Positions 11,831 through 23,690 of a stretch of DNA of 64,000 nt are shown piece by piece. Position numbers and translations under genes: made by a program. This DNA is from Chiloscyllium plagiosum. Lineage: Eukaryota. The notes beneath the pieces were generated by a model. The model was not told the DNA's origin. It made no database searches and saw only the letters and a program-made list of their open reading frames with translations. The stretch covers positions 24,862,008 to 24,926,007 of the forward strand of contig NC_057718.1 of the NCBI RefSeq assembly GCF_004010195.1. The letters run 5' to 3'. Position 1 is the first letter of the stretch; every line of letters starts with the position of its first letter.

Positions 11831-13474
11831 GGACTAATGGATTAGTTTGGTGCAAAGAACTGTAGGATTTATAGGGAGTGGATGTGAGGTATGAAAACTA
11901 AATTGCTCATCAAATCAGAAAGCTTGGCATGAAAGGCAGAAAGCATCCTAATAATCTGTTGAGAAAGACAAGAATAGTGAGCAAATTATTTGTTTATCAG
12001 ATCAGTAACTTTTGTATCATAGCCAGAAGGGATCCCATTTATTTAGCTGTTTATCGAGTTGAGAGAGGACCAAAAAGACTGGAGTTGTTATGGTTACAGC
12101 TGGCTTTCACTGTTGCTGACAGCTTTTCTTTTCTGTCATAGCTGCTTGTGGCTGACAAGAAAATAGTTCTGGTCCAGTTGTTACCTGATACATTGTAATA
12201 AATCATAGGCATCCTCATATGACAGAAACAACCATCTGTCACATGATGCTAATGGATGCATTTGTCATATCTTTCAAAACTACATCTAAGTAGTGGAAGA
12301 AGGCCAGTTGTTTCCCCCTGATGAGATCTTAAGAGAAACAATAACCAGCAAATTAATCACATAGTGAGCTGACCTCAGGATATTACGCAGAATTTAGAAC
12401 ATCGAAACATGTCACTCAGCCTCATAATGCTATGTCAGTGTGTATGCTACACATGAACAATTTCCACCTCACTCTGTTACGTAACCTTCTATTCCTTCCT
12501 ATCTCAAGTCTATGCCTGGCTTTCACTTAAAATGAATCTAAGCTATACCTCAAGTACTGTTTCCACGAGGAAATTTAACATTCTTACTTTCTCAAATTAA
12601 ACAAAATGTTGCTCCTAACTTCCAAACTGGATTTCAGCGATGACTACCTGCATCCAAAGTCTCACACCAAAAATGGAAATTTTTTCTCAACCTGTTGATC
12701 CCCTGAAAAATCTGAAAGACTTCTATCATGTTACCACTCTTCACCTTCTGTATATCTAAGGAAGAGAGCTTCAATCCATTCAGTTTTTCTGACCAGATTC
12801 CACCACCCAGTTCCTGAATTAGACTGGGGAGTTGGGATTTGACAAATGCCTGAAAAACAAAACTCTACTTCACAATTTTGAAATAACCTAAATTGATTAA
12901 ATTCTCAGTCACTGCCTGAGCACTCTGCTACCTTCATGAAGGTCATCTAACAAAGCTTCCCTATGTCTGTCCCTTAAAATGTGTGCAATACCATAATTTG
13001 ATCAGATGTAAGTCCCAGGGTTGCCTTTAAATCTAAGTGGCAACTGTTAGAGATGAATGGTACTTATTCATCAGAGCCCTGTACAAATGGAATGCATTCT
13101 TTCAAATGGCTAATTATTATTTATGGTTTTTATTTGCATTTGTTTCTCATATCAAACAAATAAAGCAGCTCTTCCAGCTCTCAGATTTGAAACAGAAGAT
13201 GCTTAAAGTGCTTGTTGTGAGAGGAAACAGTTCTGAAGGTGTTACATTGGCCGCATCCATTGTATTGAAGTCACATATAGACTGTAAGTGGACATACCTA
13301 ATTCTACCAGCTTTTTAAGGTCCTAGTCAATATGCCTGACAAAATTTAATTGTGGTATTGCTAATATGAAATAAATCTTCATGTTGTCCAAGTGGTCTGT
13401 CCTCTACCACTAACCACTTAGGGAGGCCCAAAGACAGAGCAAAGACAAAGCAGGATAGGTGTGACAGCCAACTA

Positions 13475-13728
13475 TGAGAAAGTGAGGACTGCAGGTGCTG
13501 GAGGTCGGAGTCGAAGAGTGTGGTGCTGGAAAAGCACAGCAGATCAGGCAGCATCTGAGGAGCAGGGGTATCACGTTGCGGGCATAAGCCTTCATCAGGA
13601 ATGAGGCTTGAATGCCAAGGGAGCCCACAAGCTTCATTCCTGATGAAGAGCTTATGCCAGAAATGTCAATTCTTCTGCTCCTCAGATTTTGCCTGACTGG
13701 TTGTGCTTTTCCAGCATCACACTCTTCA
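13475..13728. mobile_element. Penelope-like inverted-repeat insertion with hammerhead-like cores on both arms
   Basis: Arms of ~100 bp are reverse complements. TSD acagc[c/t]aacta at 13464-13474 and 13729-13739. CTGATGAAGAGCTTATGCCAGAAATGTC at 13640-13667. Confidence 0.8.
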
Positions 13729-14896
13729 ACAGCTAACTACCTCAATTAATCCTTATCCAGTACCACATACTGGCAGAAGTGGCAAATACCATACATTGGC
13801 AGTGGTGGTCATTTGGGAAAATTCCTCACTACTCATCAGGTCAGTCATGGAGAGAGAAAAGGAGTTGACCTTTCAAGTTGGTCAACTTTTGTCCTTAATA
13901 GCACTTCAAGTTTAAACGTTAACTTTTCTTTCTCTGTCCATGGATGTTGCCTGATCTGCTAAGTCTTTGCAGAATTTTCTGATCTTATTTCAAATTGCCA
14001 GCAACTAAAGTATTAGCCCACCAGCTCTCACTCTGCAAACTGACAATTGTTAAATAAGTACGTGTTGACAAAGTTTGTGGTAAAGCATATCATGATTTAA
14101 AAACTTGAACAATTATTAGAGATAACTTATTTTCCCCTTTATGCATTTATACCAATTCTCATTTCACAGAAGATATTATTTTACATCTAGATAGCAGGAA
14201 AAGATCCAAAAATTGCTGAGAGTTCTCAATGTTTATGTTATCAAAACCATATTTTCTGTCTTGTGTTTCTGAATATTCCAGTAATAGTTCCTGCAACAGT
14301 CGATCAAAACACACAGCTACTGCCTGCCGCATCTTCTCTTTCCCAGCTCCCTAGCTGCCTGCAATCATTGCCACATTATTTTCCAGTTCAGGCCAAGAAA
14401 CAATCTTAGAGAGGTTTGACTCTGTGCACTGAATTGGAGGGGTAGGGGTAGGAGATGGGGCTAGTGCGTGGTTTTACCCACATTCTATTCCAAAGCTCCT
14501 ATGGGCTGAGAGTTCTGCTGAATCCTGTGGAGGTCTTTGAAAGATTTGATATTTTATTTGATTTCTCAGTAATCAAACCTTGAAGAAATTGAGTCTTTTC
14601 TGTTGTCAGGTAGAAAGATGACTTTTCAAGTTGAAGACTGCAGCAACCGCATTTGTTTTTCAAAAAGAATCAATTTCAAGGTGCCAGATGGGCCTGTCTG
14701 CATGTCAGCAACCAAAATACTGCAGTCTGCAGCTGCTTTTTGAGAGATTCAAGCTTTGTGAATATTCGTCAGCCACAGGCATCTCAGGGGTCCTCATACT
14801 GGCAGCAGCAGCCTCCCATTAACTCTGCTGAAGCCACGAGGGTGACACTTCATAGAAATGATAATGTGAGTAAATTTTCATTTCAAAAAGGAATGG

Positions 14897-15716
14897 GGAG
14901 ATAGTGGTGCAGCCATAATTTTACTGGATGAGTAATCCAGAGTTCCTGGCTTAATGCTCTGGGGACCTGAGTTTGAATACACCTTGGTGGTGGTAGATGG
15001 TGAAATTTGAATCTGGGATTACAAGCTGATCTAATGGTAAGTGTGTGTCCATTTGTAAAAAAAACACATCTACTTTGCTAAAGTCCTCCAGGTAGGAAAA
15101 TCTGCAAACATGTGACTCCAGACACAAACATAAAACGTGGTTGACTCTTCTGAAATAGTCTAGCATGCCTCTCAGATGTATCAAACCATATTAAAGTACA
15201 AAGAAAACTTTGTAATCAGACAGACCATCCAGCCTCATCGACGTAGGGCACTGAAATCAACAATGCCACTCCCAGCCCTGTCAACCCTGCAAGTCCTAAC
15301 ATCTGGGGACCATGCCAAAAGGTGGGATAGTGGTCACACCAACTAGACAAGGGAAAACCTAACTTGGTATGCAAGGTATGATTCCATTAGAGCGACAATG
15401 TTCCAGACACCACCATCTTCATTCCTAGGTAAGTCAGGTCTCACAAGCAGGACATACGTAGCAGAGGTTGTGGTACAGTGGTGTACAGATAGAAGGCAGT
15501 TACCCTGGGAGTAATTAATGTTTGACTTTGAACCCCATGAGGTCTCATGATGTTAGATCGATCATGGACAAGGAAACCTTCTGCTGATTACCACCTACAA
15601 TCCTCCACCCCTATCTCTGATAAGTCAGTGCTCCTTCAAGTTGCACACCATTTGGAAGGAGAATTAAGGTGGGAAGGCACACAATGAACTGTGGGTGGAG
15701 AATTTCAATGTCCATT
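14897..15716 (+). mobile_element. 5' end of a LINE: tRNA/SINE-like head followed by a decayed APE endonuclease
   Basis: The head matches 43308, 46045 and 54295. It is followed by QDIRSRGCGTVVY, NLLLITTYNPP and LWVENFNVH (APE motifs GGG, YRPP and GDFN). Confidence 0.75.
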
Positions 15717-15942
15717 GTCCTGGTGATAGTACAGGGCAAGTCATATCCCAAAGTGAAACCAAGCTTGACAGACCATATGTTTTATTCTTGCTGTTTGTTT
15801 ATCATGAAAGTCAGTCACTGAACATATTCTCAAAAGGTTGACATTGTACTTTTAACAAAAAACTGAAATTTATCCCGCACAAGAAGAAAGAATACCAAAT
15901 TATATTACACAATACAAAAGTTAGTTGAAATGGTATTACAAA

Positions 15943-16178
15943 TGAAATGACTCCACAGAGGCTGGTATCCTGTCATCAAGTCACCCTTTATTTATACATG
16001 GGGAGTCCTTGACACTGATCCATCTTCCTCAGAGCCAGCTGTCATAGTGAACAGGATAACTGACACTCCTGCTTCTATCTGTCAGCCAGGGCTTCCCAAT
16101 TGGACCAGGTTAACAGCCCCAATCACGGAACTCATATTCTAAGCGGTCCCTCTGGCTGACCTCATCACAATCACTACA
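15943..16178 (-). mobile_element. Solo LTR, 236 bp
   Basis: TG...CA termini, a perfect 5-bp TSD acaaa at 15938-15942 and 16179-16183, and minus-strand AATAAA near the 3' end. Confidence 0.85.
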
Positions 16179-16277
16179 ACAAATATCTGAAATAATGATA
16201 TAACCCTTTGACCTTCAGCAACAACCTTACAGATAATTAAACCTCAGTAAAGGGTTGCTTGATTCCACTTTAAAGCT

Positions 16278-16446
16278 TTGAGGAGAAAGTGAGGTCTGCA
16301 GATGCTGGAGATCAGAGCTGGAAATGTGTCATGGACATCCAGTCCCTGTACACCTCCATCCTCCATCACGAAGGACTCAAAGCACTCCGCTTCTTTCTTT
16401 CCCGCCGTACCGACCAGTACCCTTCCACCAGCAACACATTTCCAGC
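16278..16446. mobile_element. Mosaic Penelope-like mini-insertion containing an RT fragment
   Basis: 14-bp TSD tccactttaaagct at 16264-16277 and 16447-16460. Positions 16331-16429 encode MDIQSLYTSILHHEGLKALRFFLSRRTDQYPST (PLE RT D..SLYT.I motif). Confidence 0.85.
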
Positions 16447-17057
16447 TCCACTTTAAAGCTGTTTACTCAGTTAATACAATTATAATTGGTTTCTGAAGCT
16501 TTCTTCTTACTGTCTTCTAAACACTTTCAAAGCAAACTCCTAGATTTTCAATCCCCTCAGTTTCTAGCAGTTATCTGCTGTTGCAACTTTCTTCTAAGCC
16601 AAACAGGATTTTTTACTAGCCAGAGCCTTTTGGATATTAGTTGAATCTGGGCACACTGCCTGACTTTGTGTTAGTTCTATCATTCTGTTGGTTGGCAACA
16701 GCAGATTTTTTTCTCTTCTGTCCTTGTTACCAGTGAACTGAAATATTAATCTTAAGTGTTTTAAAACCTTGTTTAGATGAATGTAAACAAATGTCCTCAC
16801 AACACAGTACTCTCAAGACTCAAAACTGAAACTAAAACTATGCCCTTCCCCTTCTAAACACATTGTCGTGACTCACTGAGGTACTGTGCTGGAAGACAAG
16901 CTCCATTATTCCCGCAGTTATGTCAAATTTGAGGATTTAACAAGACTACCAAAAATCCCATTTGCCTCTGATCGACTGCTATTCAGGTTACAAGTAAATT
17001 ATTCCAGGTTTCTTCAGTAACAATGAATATAACTATTCAAGATTGCGTAACTTACAT

Positions 17058-17330
17058 AACAGTGGCACTGTGGTTAGCACTGCTGCCTCACAGCACCAGA
17101 GATCCGGGTTCAATTCCCGCCTCAGGCGACTCTCTGTGTGGAGTTTGCACATTCTCCCTGTGTCTGCGCGGGTTTCCTCCAGGTGCTCTGGTTTCCTCCC
17201 ACAATCCAAAAATGTTCAGGTTAGGTGAATTGGCCATGCTAAATTGCCCGGAGGGTGGGTTGCGCTTCGGCGGGTCGGTGTGGACTTGTTGGGCCGAAGG
17301 GCCTGTTTCCACACTGTAAGTAATCTAATC
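17058..17330 (+). mobile_element. HE1 SINE with an internal deletion
   Basis: A and B boxes, V-domain and taatctaatc tail; lacks ~30 nt relative to 1843-2160. Confidence 0.92.
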
Positions 17331-17739
17331 TTAAGCTCTATCCCTTTTAAAATTCACACATAAACGCAAACAGACACAAAAAAAAGAGTGATGGGAGAAT
17401 AAATCGTCAGAGGAATATAGTCAGCCCGTATCACTAATCCAAAATCACAAAACTACATGGACTGATTCCCGATCCTTTTCCTTCCTTTAATGATGATTCA
17501 ATGTTATTTGTACAGTGATCACTCATTGCCTGGTTAAACCTTGGGCCTTTCTGGTTATCTTTGAGTTTTAGAATTATTTCTCCCAATGCCTCTGAATGCA
17601 TCATTTTCCTGCTCTATCAACAGAAAATTGGAGATAGCAACTTTACAGAGAAAAGGAAAAGAGAAACTTTTGATGGAATTAATTTCAGAAGACCTTCATG
17701 CTTCTCACTTTCTGATTCACTGCCTCCACAGAATCTGGC

Positions 17740-18850
17740 TTTGATATCAAGATGGCATTTACATGAGTACAGCATCAAGGAGCTCGAGCAAAACAGGAAT
17801 CAATGGGAATCAGAGGGGAAGCGCTCTATTAGTTGGAGTCATACCTAGCACAAAGAAAGATGGCCACCATTGTTGAAGGTCAATCGTTTCAGTCCAATTA
17901 CATCACTCCAATAGCTCTTCAAGGTAGTCTCCAGCCCAAAGATTTTCAGCTGCTTAATCAATGATATTCTCTCCATCTAAAGCTCAGACGTGTGGATGTT
18001 TGCTGATGATTACACAAAGTTCAGCACCTTTGATGGCTCCTGAGACACTGAAGCAGTCCAGGTCCACAAGCAGCAAGACCTGGAAAATACCTAGGCTTGG
18101 GCAGATAAATAGCAAGTAACATGTGTGCCAGGCAGTGAACATCTCCAACATAGCAGAATCTGACCAATTCCTTCGATCATTGTTCAATGGCATCACAATC
18201 ATTCAATTATCTACTGTCAACAATCTGGAAGTTACAATTGACCAGAAACTTAAGTGGACCAGCCATGCATAATACTAAAAGAGGAGGCCAGAGGTTAGAA
18301 GTTTTGCATCAAATAACTCACCTCCCATTTCCCCAAAGCCTGTCCACTGTTTATAAGGCACAAGTCAGGAGAGTGATGGAATATTCTTCACCTGTCTGGG
18401 TAGGTGCAATTTCAGCAACACTCAAGACACTCTACATCTTCCAGGATAAGCAGCCCACTTTACTGGCACTCCATCCACCACCTTCAACATTCATTCACTT
18501 CACTAGCACAGTGCCAGCAGTGTGTACATCTACAAGAGTCATTGCAGTAATTCAACAAGGTTGCTTTGGTAACACCTTCCAAACATGTAACCTCAACCAC
18601 TGGAAGGAAGTATGCATCACATCCGTACAAACCCAACCACCTGCAAGTTCCCTTCCATGCCACAAATCATCACCGTTCCTTCACTGTCGCTGGGTAAAAA
18701 TCCTGAAATTTCCTCCCTAAAGGCACAGTGGGTCTACCCATATCCCAAAGATTCAGGTCAGCTCACCACAACCTTCTGCTAGACAATTAGGGATGGGCAA
18801 TAAATGCTGGCCTAGGCACTGATGCCCATAAGCCATGAACAAAAAGAAAA
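17740..18850 (+). mobile_element. LINE (CR1/L2 group, second family): RT 3' part and tail
   Basis: MFADDYT at ~17997, LSTVYKAQVRRVMEYSSPVW, and tail aattagggatgggcaataaatgctggcc followed by an A-rich end. Confidence 0.85.
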
Positions 18851-19439
18851 GGATCCGTCAATAACATTGATAGCAAAATAATTCAATATAGTACTGTGTT
18901 TGATATTAGTTAGATTACCTTGAACCCATCTGCAGCTTTAGTCTATAGCTTCCTTTCATTACAACCTCTTCATTTGTATTATCAGGAACCCACTGAAAAA
19001 TAACTTGGCTTAATGGCTTCAATACTGTTTAGTACAAAAGGAAGGGAATTATGAATAAATAACCAGGAGCATAAGAGGAAGATTCAGTCAGCACCTCAAG
19101 CCTGATCTGCAATTCAACTAGATCACAGCTGACAATTCAACCCAATGCCAGTAAAGAAGCAGCCTAACTCAAGGTTAGGCTGGTTAGTATGGCTTGGATG
19201 GGAAGTGGGAAATTGGCTTTCAAATACATGTGATGACCCTGTTACTTTTATGGTACAGGCCAAGGTGAGTTGCTGTCATGTATCTTGCAGATGGCACACT
19301 ACTGCTGCTGCTGATGTGCATCACTGGTAAAGCACTGTTAAAAGGGGTAGGGGATCATTTACAATTATGCAGTTTCTTTGTCTCAGAAAGTGATGGGGTT
19401 TGGGGGTAAGCATCCAAGTCTTCAGTCGTATTACCAGGA

Positions 19440-20460
19440 ACGATGGGTCTTTGCAGTGTCCAGTGTCATTTCTTGATATCAAGTGGAGTCAAGCAAATTG
19501 GCAGAAGACTGACATCTGTGGTGCTGGGTACTCCTCAGGAGGAGGCTGAGATGGATCATCCACCCAGCATTTTTGGCTAAGGATAGAGTGTTGGCCTTGC
19601 ATTTCAATGAGCTCTCTGATCACTGATAATGGGGAAATATGTGGAGCTTCTTTCTGCACTTTTGTTTTTAAATTGTCACCAGTATTCATGGCTTGATGTG
19701 GAAGCACTGCAGGGATTACATCTGATCCAGTGGCTGTGAGATCATCCATCAAACTGCATCTGCTGTTTGGCATGCAGGTAATACTGTATTGCAGCTCCAT
19801 CAGGGTGATGTATACCTGGTGCTGCTACTGCATATCCTCCTGCACTGTTGATTGAAACAGTGTTGATCCCCAGCTGGATGACAATGGTAGAGTGGGTAAT
19901 GTACTGGACCATGAGGTTATGGATCTTTGTCAAATACAATTCTGCTGCTGATGCTCCTATTGGCTTAGATCACCATATGATGCCCAGCTCTGTCATGGAT
20001 CTCTTCAAAATCAGCATGATGGTAGTGACACAAAACATGATGAATTATTGACTTGAATTAGATTTATTCTCACATGTACTCACATGAACACATTGAAAAG
20101 TTTTTAAGTCACCACTTAAAGTAAGGAAAACAAAGATTAAAATGTTAAACATTACAGTCCTTCTTACAAAAAGGTAGAAAAACAAAGAAACACTGTTAGC
20201 AGTTCCTCACCACAGTCCGGCCATGCTGGGCTCGATCTCCTTACAGAGCCTGACCCCTTCTGCTTCGGGACTGAACTCACCCCAGGTGGATTGGCCGGCT
20301 CCCACCACCACCCCAGGCTACCTTGATCCCTGCATTCTCAATACAACAATGGGACTTTGTCTCCACCACAATAACTGTATGGTAATCATTCACACCAATA
20401 CTGTCATGCATCTGATGCATCTGCAATAGGTAAACTAGCGAGGTCAAAGTCAAGTTGCAG
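19440..20460 (-). mobile_element. Decayed fragments of the same LINE family, interrupted by another 3' retro-fragment (~20050-20330)
   Basis: Shares sequence with 55090-55650 (ggcagaagactgacatctgtggtgctggg...gatggatcatccac). The insert ends in a minus-strand AATAAA plus a short tail. Confidence 0.55.
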
Positions 20461-20515
20461 ATTCACTTATTGCCCTCGAATACTTAGTGAATTGTGTCAG
20501 CACATGTCACAACGT

Positions 20516-20807
20516 AGGAACAAATTACTGCAGATGCTGGAAACTGTCCTGAAAATGAGAAATGCTGGAGCTCACAGTGAATCAGACAGCATCCATGGAG
20601 AGAGAGCAAGCTAACATTTCAAGTCTCGATGACTCTTCATCAATGCTAAAGTGACGTATGGAGGGGACAACGTTTAGGCTAAAGTTTGGCAGGGGTTGGG
20701 GGTCATGGGGTGTAGAGTGTTGATGGAGAAAAGACTTGAAATGTTAGCTTGCTCTCTCTCCATGGATGCTGTCTGACCTACTGTGATCTCCAACATTTGT
20801 TGTTTTC
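20516..20807. mobile_element. Penelope-like inverted-repeat insertion, same family as 62055-62695
   Basis: cagacagcatccatggagagagagcaagctaacatttcaagtct and its reverse complement agacttgaaatgttagcttgctctctctccatggatgctgtctg. Confidence 0.8.
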
Positions 20808-22144
20808 TCCTCATGTCACGTTCCTCACTCTGTGAAACCACACCATCTTTCTTCTCTATCTGTGCACTAATCACTGCTGACTGTATGTCAGCAAGCACCA
20901 GCTGCTCTCGGAGTAGGCCTCCTCAAAGATTATCAGAAAATGACTGATGAGAAATGCAATGAAGTCAGATGAGAGTCAAATGAGGGAGTTGAGCACTGCT
21001 ACTTTCTTTTCTCCAAGCCTCTCCCAGTCTGCTCTGCTGTTTTTTTAAACAAGAATCTCCCTCTATAATTCCTATACATCCCAACATACTGTATCTGTTT
21101 TAAAAGGGTTACACCAGTCACTGCTATAATGAGCAAATCCAGGAAATTATGTTAATATAGCTATGTAAATCGTTTCCTCTGCATAAGCAGGCACAAATAC
21201 TCATACAAAGTTCACCTCTACATATTTTAATCTTCTGATCTATTACCACTCAACCAAAGTAAAATTAAACAGACAGATTTTAACATCAGACTTTTACAAC
21301 TTGGCAAAATGAGCTAGGTAATGATCAGTATTACATAAATAATTCCTGTGCGGAGGACAAAGAGAATTACTTAGCTCGAATAATTATAGTGTTTCTGCTG
21401 CCATCTGCCACACTCAGACTTGATAGGTGAGCAGCAAACATAAACAAAAGCTTTATTTAAGTGGCACTTTGATTTAACATGAAATTGCACGGGAAGAAAA
21501 CAGAAAGCAATTGGTAGCATAGTCAGCAAGATGAGGTTTAGCCACAGTCTGTACCACTCTGACGATTTGTAAGGCTGATATTGTTTCAAAATAATATTAT
21601 TGTCATATGTGCTGATGGAACCCTAGCTGGGCTGCTCACACCAAGAGCTGAAATAAGCTGAAGTTTCCAGGAAGATGATACAAAGCATGATTTGCAGAAA
21701 CACAAATACTGCATTTGCTTGAAAAGGAAAGAGGTAGGAGTAATTTTCATCTCAGTCCCACCATGTTAATAGGAGGGAAGTTAGGGTGCTATTGCTTCCT
21801 GAGGTCAGCTTGCTGTCATTTTTGATTGGGCTTTGATGTAGGTGTTCACAGACTCCCCAACCTCATCAGCAGAAACAGGCAGAAGATACATTGAGGAATA
21901 AAAGTCAAAGTGTTCTCAGGTAAATATAATCCCTGTGCCATATTCCTCCACATCATCCAACTACTATCCAAGACACCAAAAGGCTATAACATGAGGCAAT
22001 CTCTTTATTCAATTTCATAAAGGTCTTTTCAGTCACTGTGATCTGCCTGTCTCAATCCTTGTAAATCTCAATCTCTATGGAGTTCCATTTAGCAGATGTC
22101 CCAAGCTTGACTTCAGGTTTTCCTAATGGAGATCAGTATTGGTT

Positions 22145-22390
22145 GTGGAGGGATGTGAGGAAAAGCTTTTTCACCCAAAGTGTGGTGGGAATCTGGAACT
22201 CAATGCCTGCTAGGTTGACACAGGCAGAAACCCTCATAACATTTAAGAAGTATTTAGATTGACACATGCAATGCCAAGGCATACAAGGGACCATGTGTTG
22301 TAAAGTGAGATTAGAGAGTTGGGTGGTTGTTTTTGATTGGTGCAAAGGGCAAAGGGCTTTCATCTGTTCTGCAGATCTCTATGACTTTAT
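22145..22390 (+). mobile_element. CR1 LINE 3' fragment
   Basis: RDVRKSFFTQSVVGIWNSMP...FKKYLD followed by the 3' UTR. Confidence 0.85.
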
Positions 22391-23487
22391 GAGAATATAC
22401 TATTATTGGTCTTGTTATAGTAAAAACAAAGTTATGAAGCTCATTAAATTAGGGAAAACATCAACTTTATTTTTAAAAAACTCTGAGGATGGCTGTATCT
22501 TGAAAGTGAGAGAGGAAGAGAGAGAGGGAGAGACAGCAAGAGCGTAGGACACTGAATCACCTGCTGTGATGATGTACACTCTTACTTTTATATCACACCA
22601 GACCTAATCCTGTGTACTATAGAGATGTACTATATTTTATGTTGGGTGCAATTTTCACCCAGAAACCTCATCAAATTAGTTTAAGGTGTTCAATTAAATA
22701 TTCAAAGTTCATGTACAAAGTTGCATAATTCATTCACTTTTTTTGGGTCATGCAATAAAGTTGAAAATAACAATTTTCTGAGTTTCTAAAATTCTAAAAC
22801 CTGAAAGATACCCTTTGCTGTTATCCTACATAGTAAACTGTTGTTTGCTAATAAATTCACAACTTGTGAATATCCGTACAATCAAACTGCAAAGTACCTT
22901 CAATCTTTAAGTTTTAGGAATCAGTCACTGCTATTTCTATACAGCATATTTACAATAATAGAACTGCTGCCATTTGCTTGAGCTGTATATGTCTGGGGTC
23001 AGTGAGATAAATTTGTGATATTTACTTGTGGAGAACTGTTTGTTTCTTTGCATAAAACAACAAAACAATGCAATCTATAAATGAAGTTAATAAGAAACAT
23101 TGAAATGATGCACTGGTTTTTTAAAGCAAATTGCAGAAGCATCAAACATGCATTTTTGTACCCAATTTCAGAATAGATAAGATGCAATGAGATTTTAGAT
23201 ACATGCCAGTTCAGAGCTTATAATTCTTTAAAAATATTATCTGTTCTCAGCATGTGGGTAATATTGACATGGCTGCAGTTGTTGCCTGTTCTTTGATTGC
23301 CTGAGAAATTGGATGTTCCTATATAGGGACATGGATAAAGAGATGGTCATAGCAGAAAGGTGATGAATAGGGATTTCACAGAGATGGTCCTTTTGCATGC
23401 CAGGTCTTGCTGTTCTCCGGGTCCTTTTCAGTTCCTTGCAAGAGGCACAAGCAAATGATACATTACTTGCAAAACCTCATATTTGCT

Positions 23488-23690
23488 GGATAAACCGAAA
23501 GAACTGCAGATGCTGTAAATCAAAAACAAAAACAAAAATCGCTGCAAAAACTCAGCAGATCTGGCAACATCTGATGAGAGAAATCAGAGTTAATGTTTCA
23601 GGTCTGATGACCCTTCCTCAGAACGTTAACTCTGGTTTCTCTCCACAGTTGTGACCAGACCCGCTGAGTTTTTCTAGTGATTTCTATTTT
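23488..23690. mobile_element. Penelope-like inverted-repeat insertion
   Basis: Inverted arms; minus-strand CTGAGGAAGGGTCATCAGACCTGAAACATTA at 23591-23621. Confidence 0.75.
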
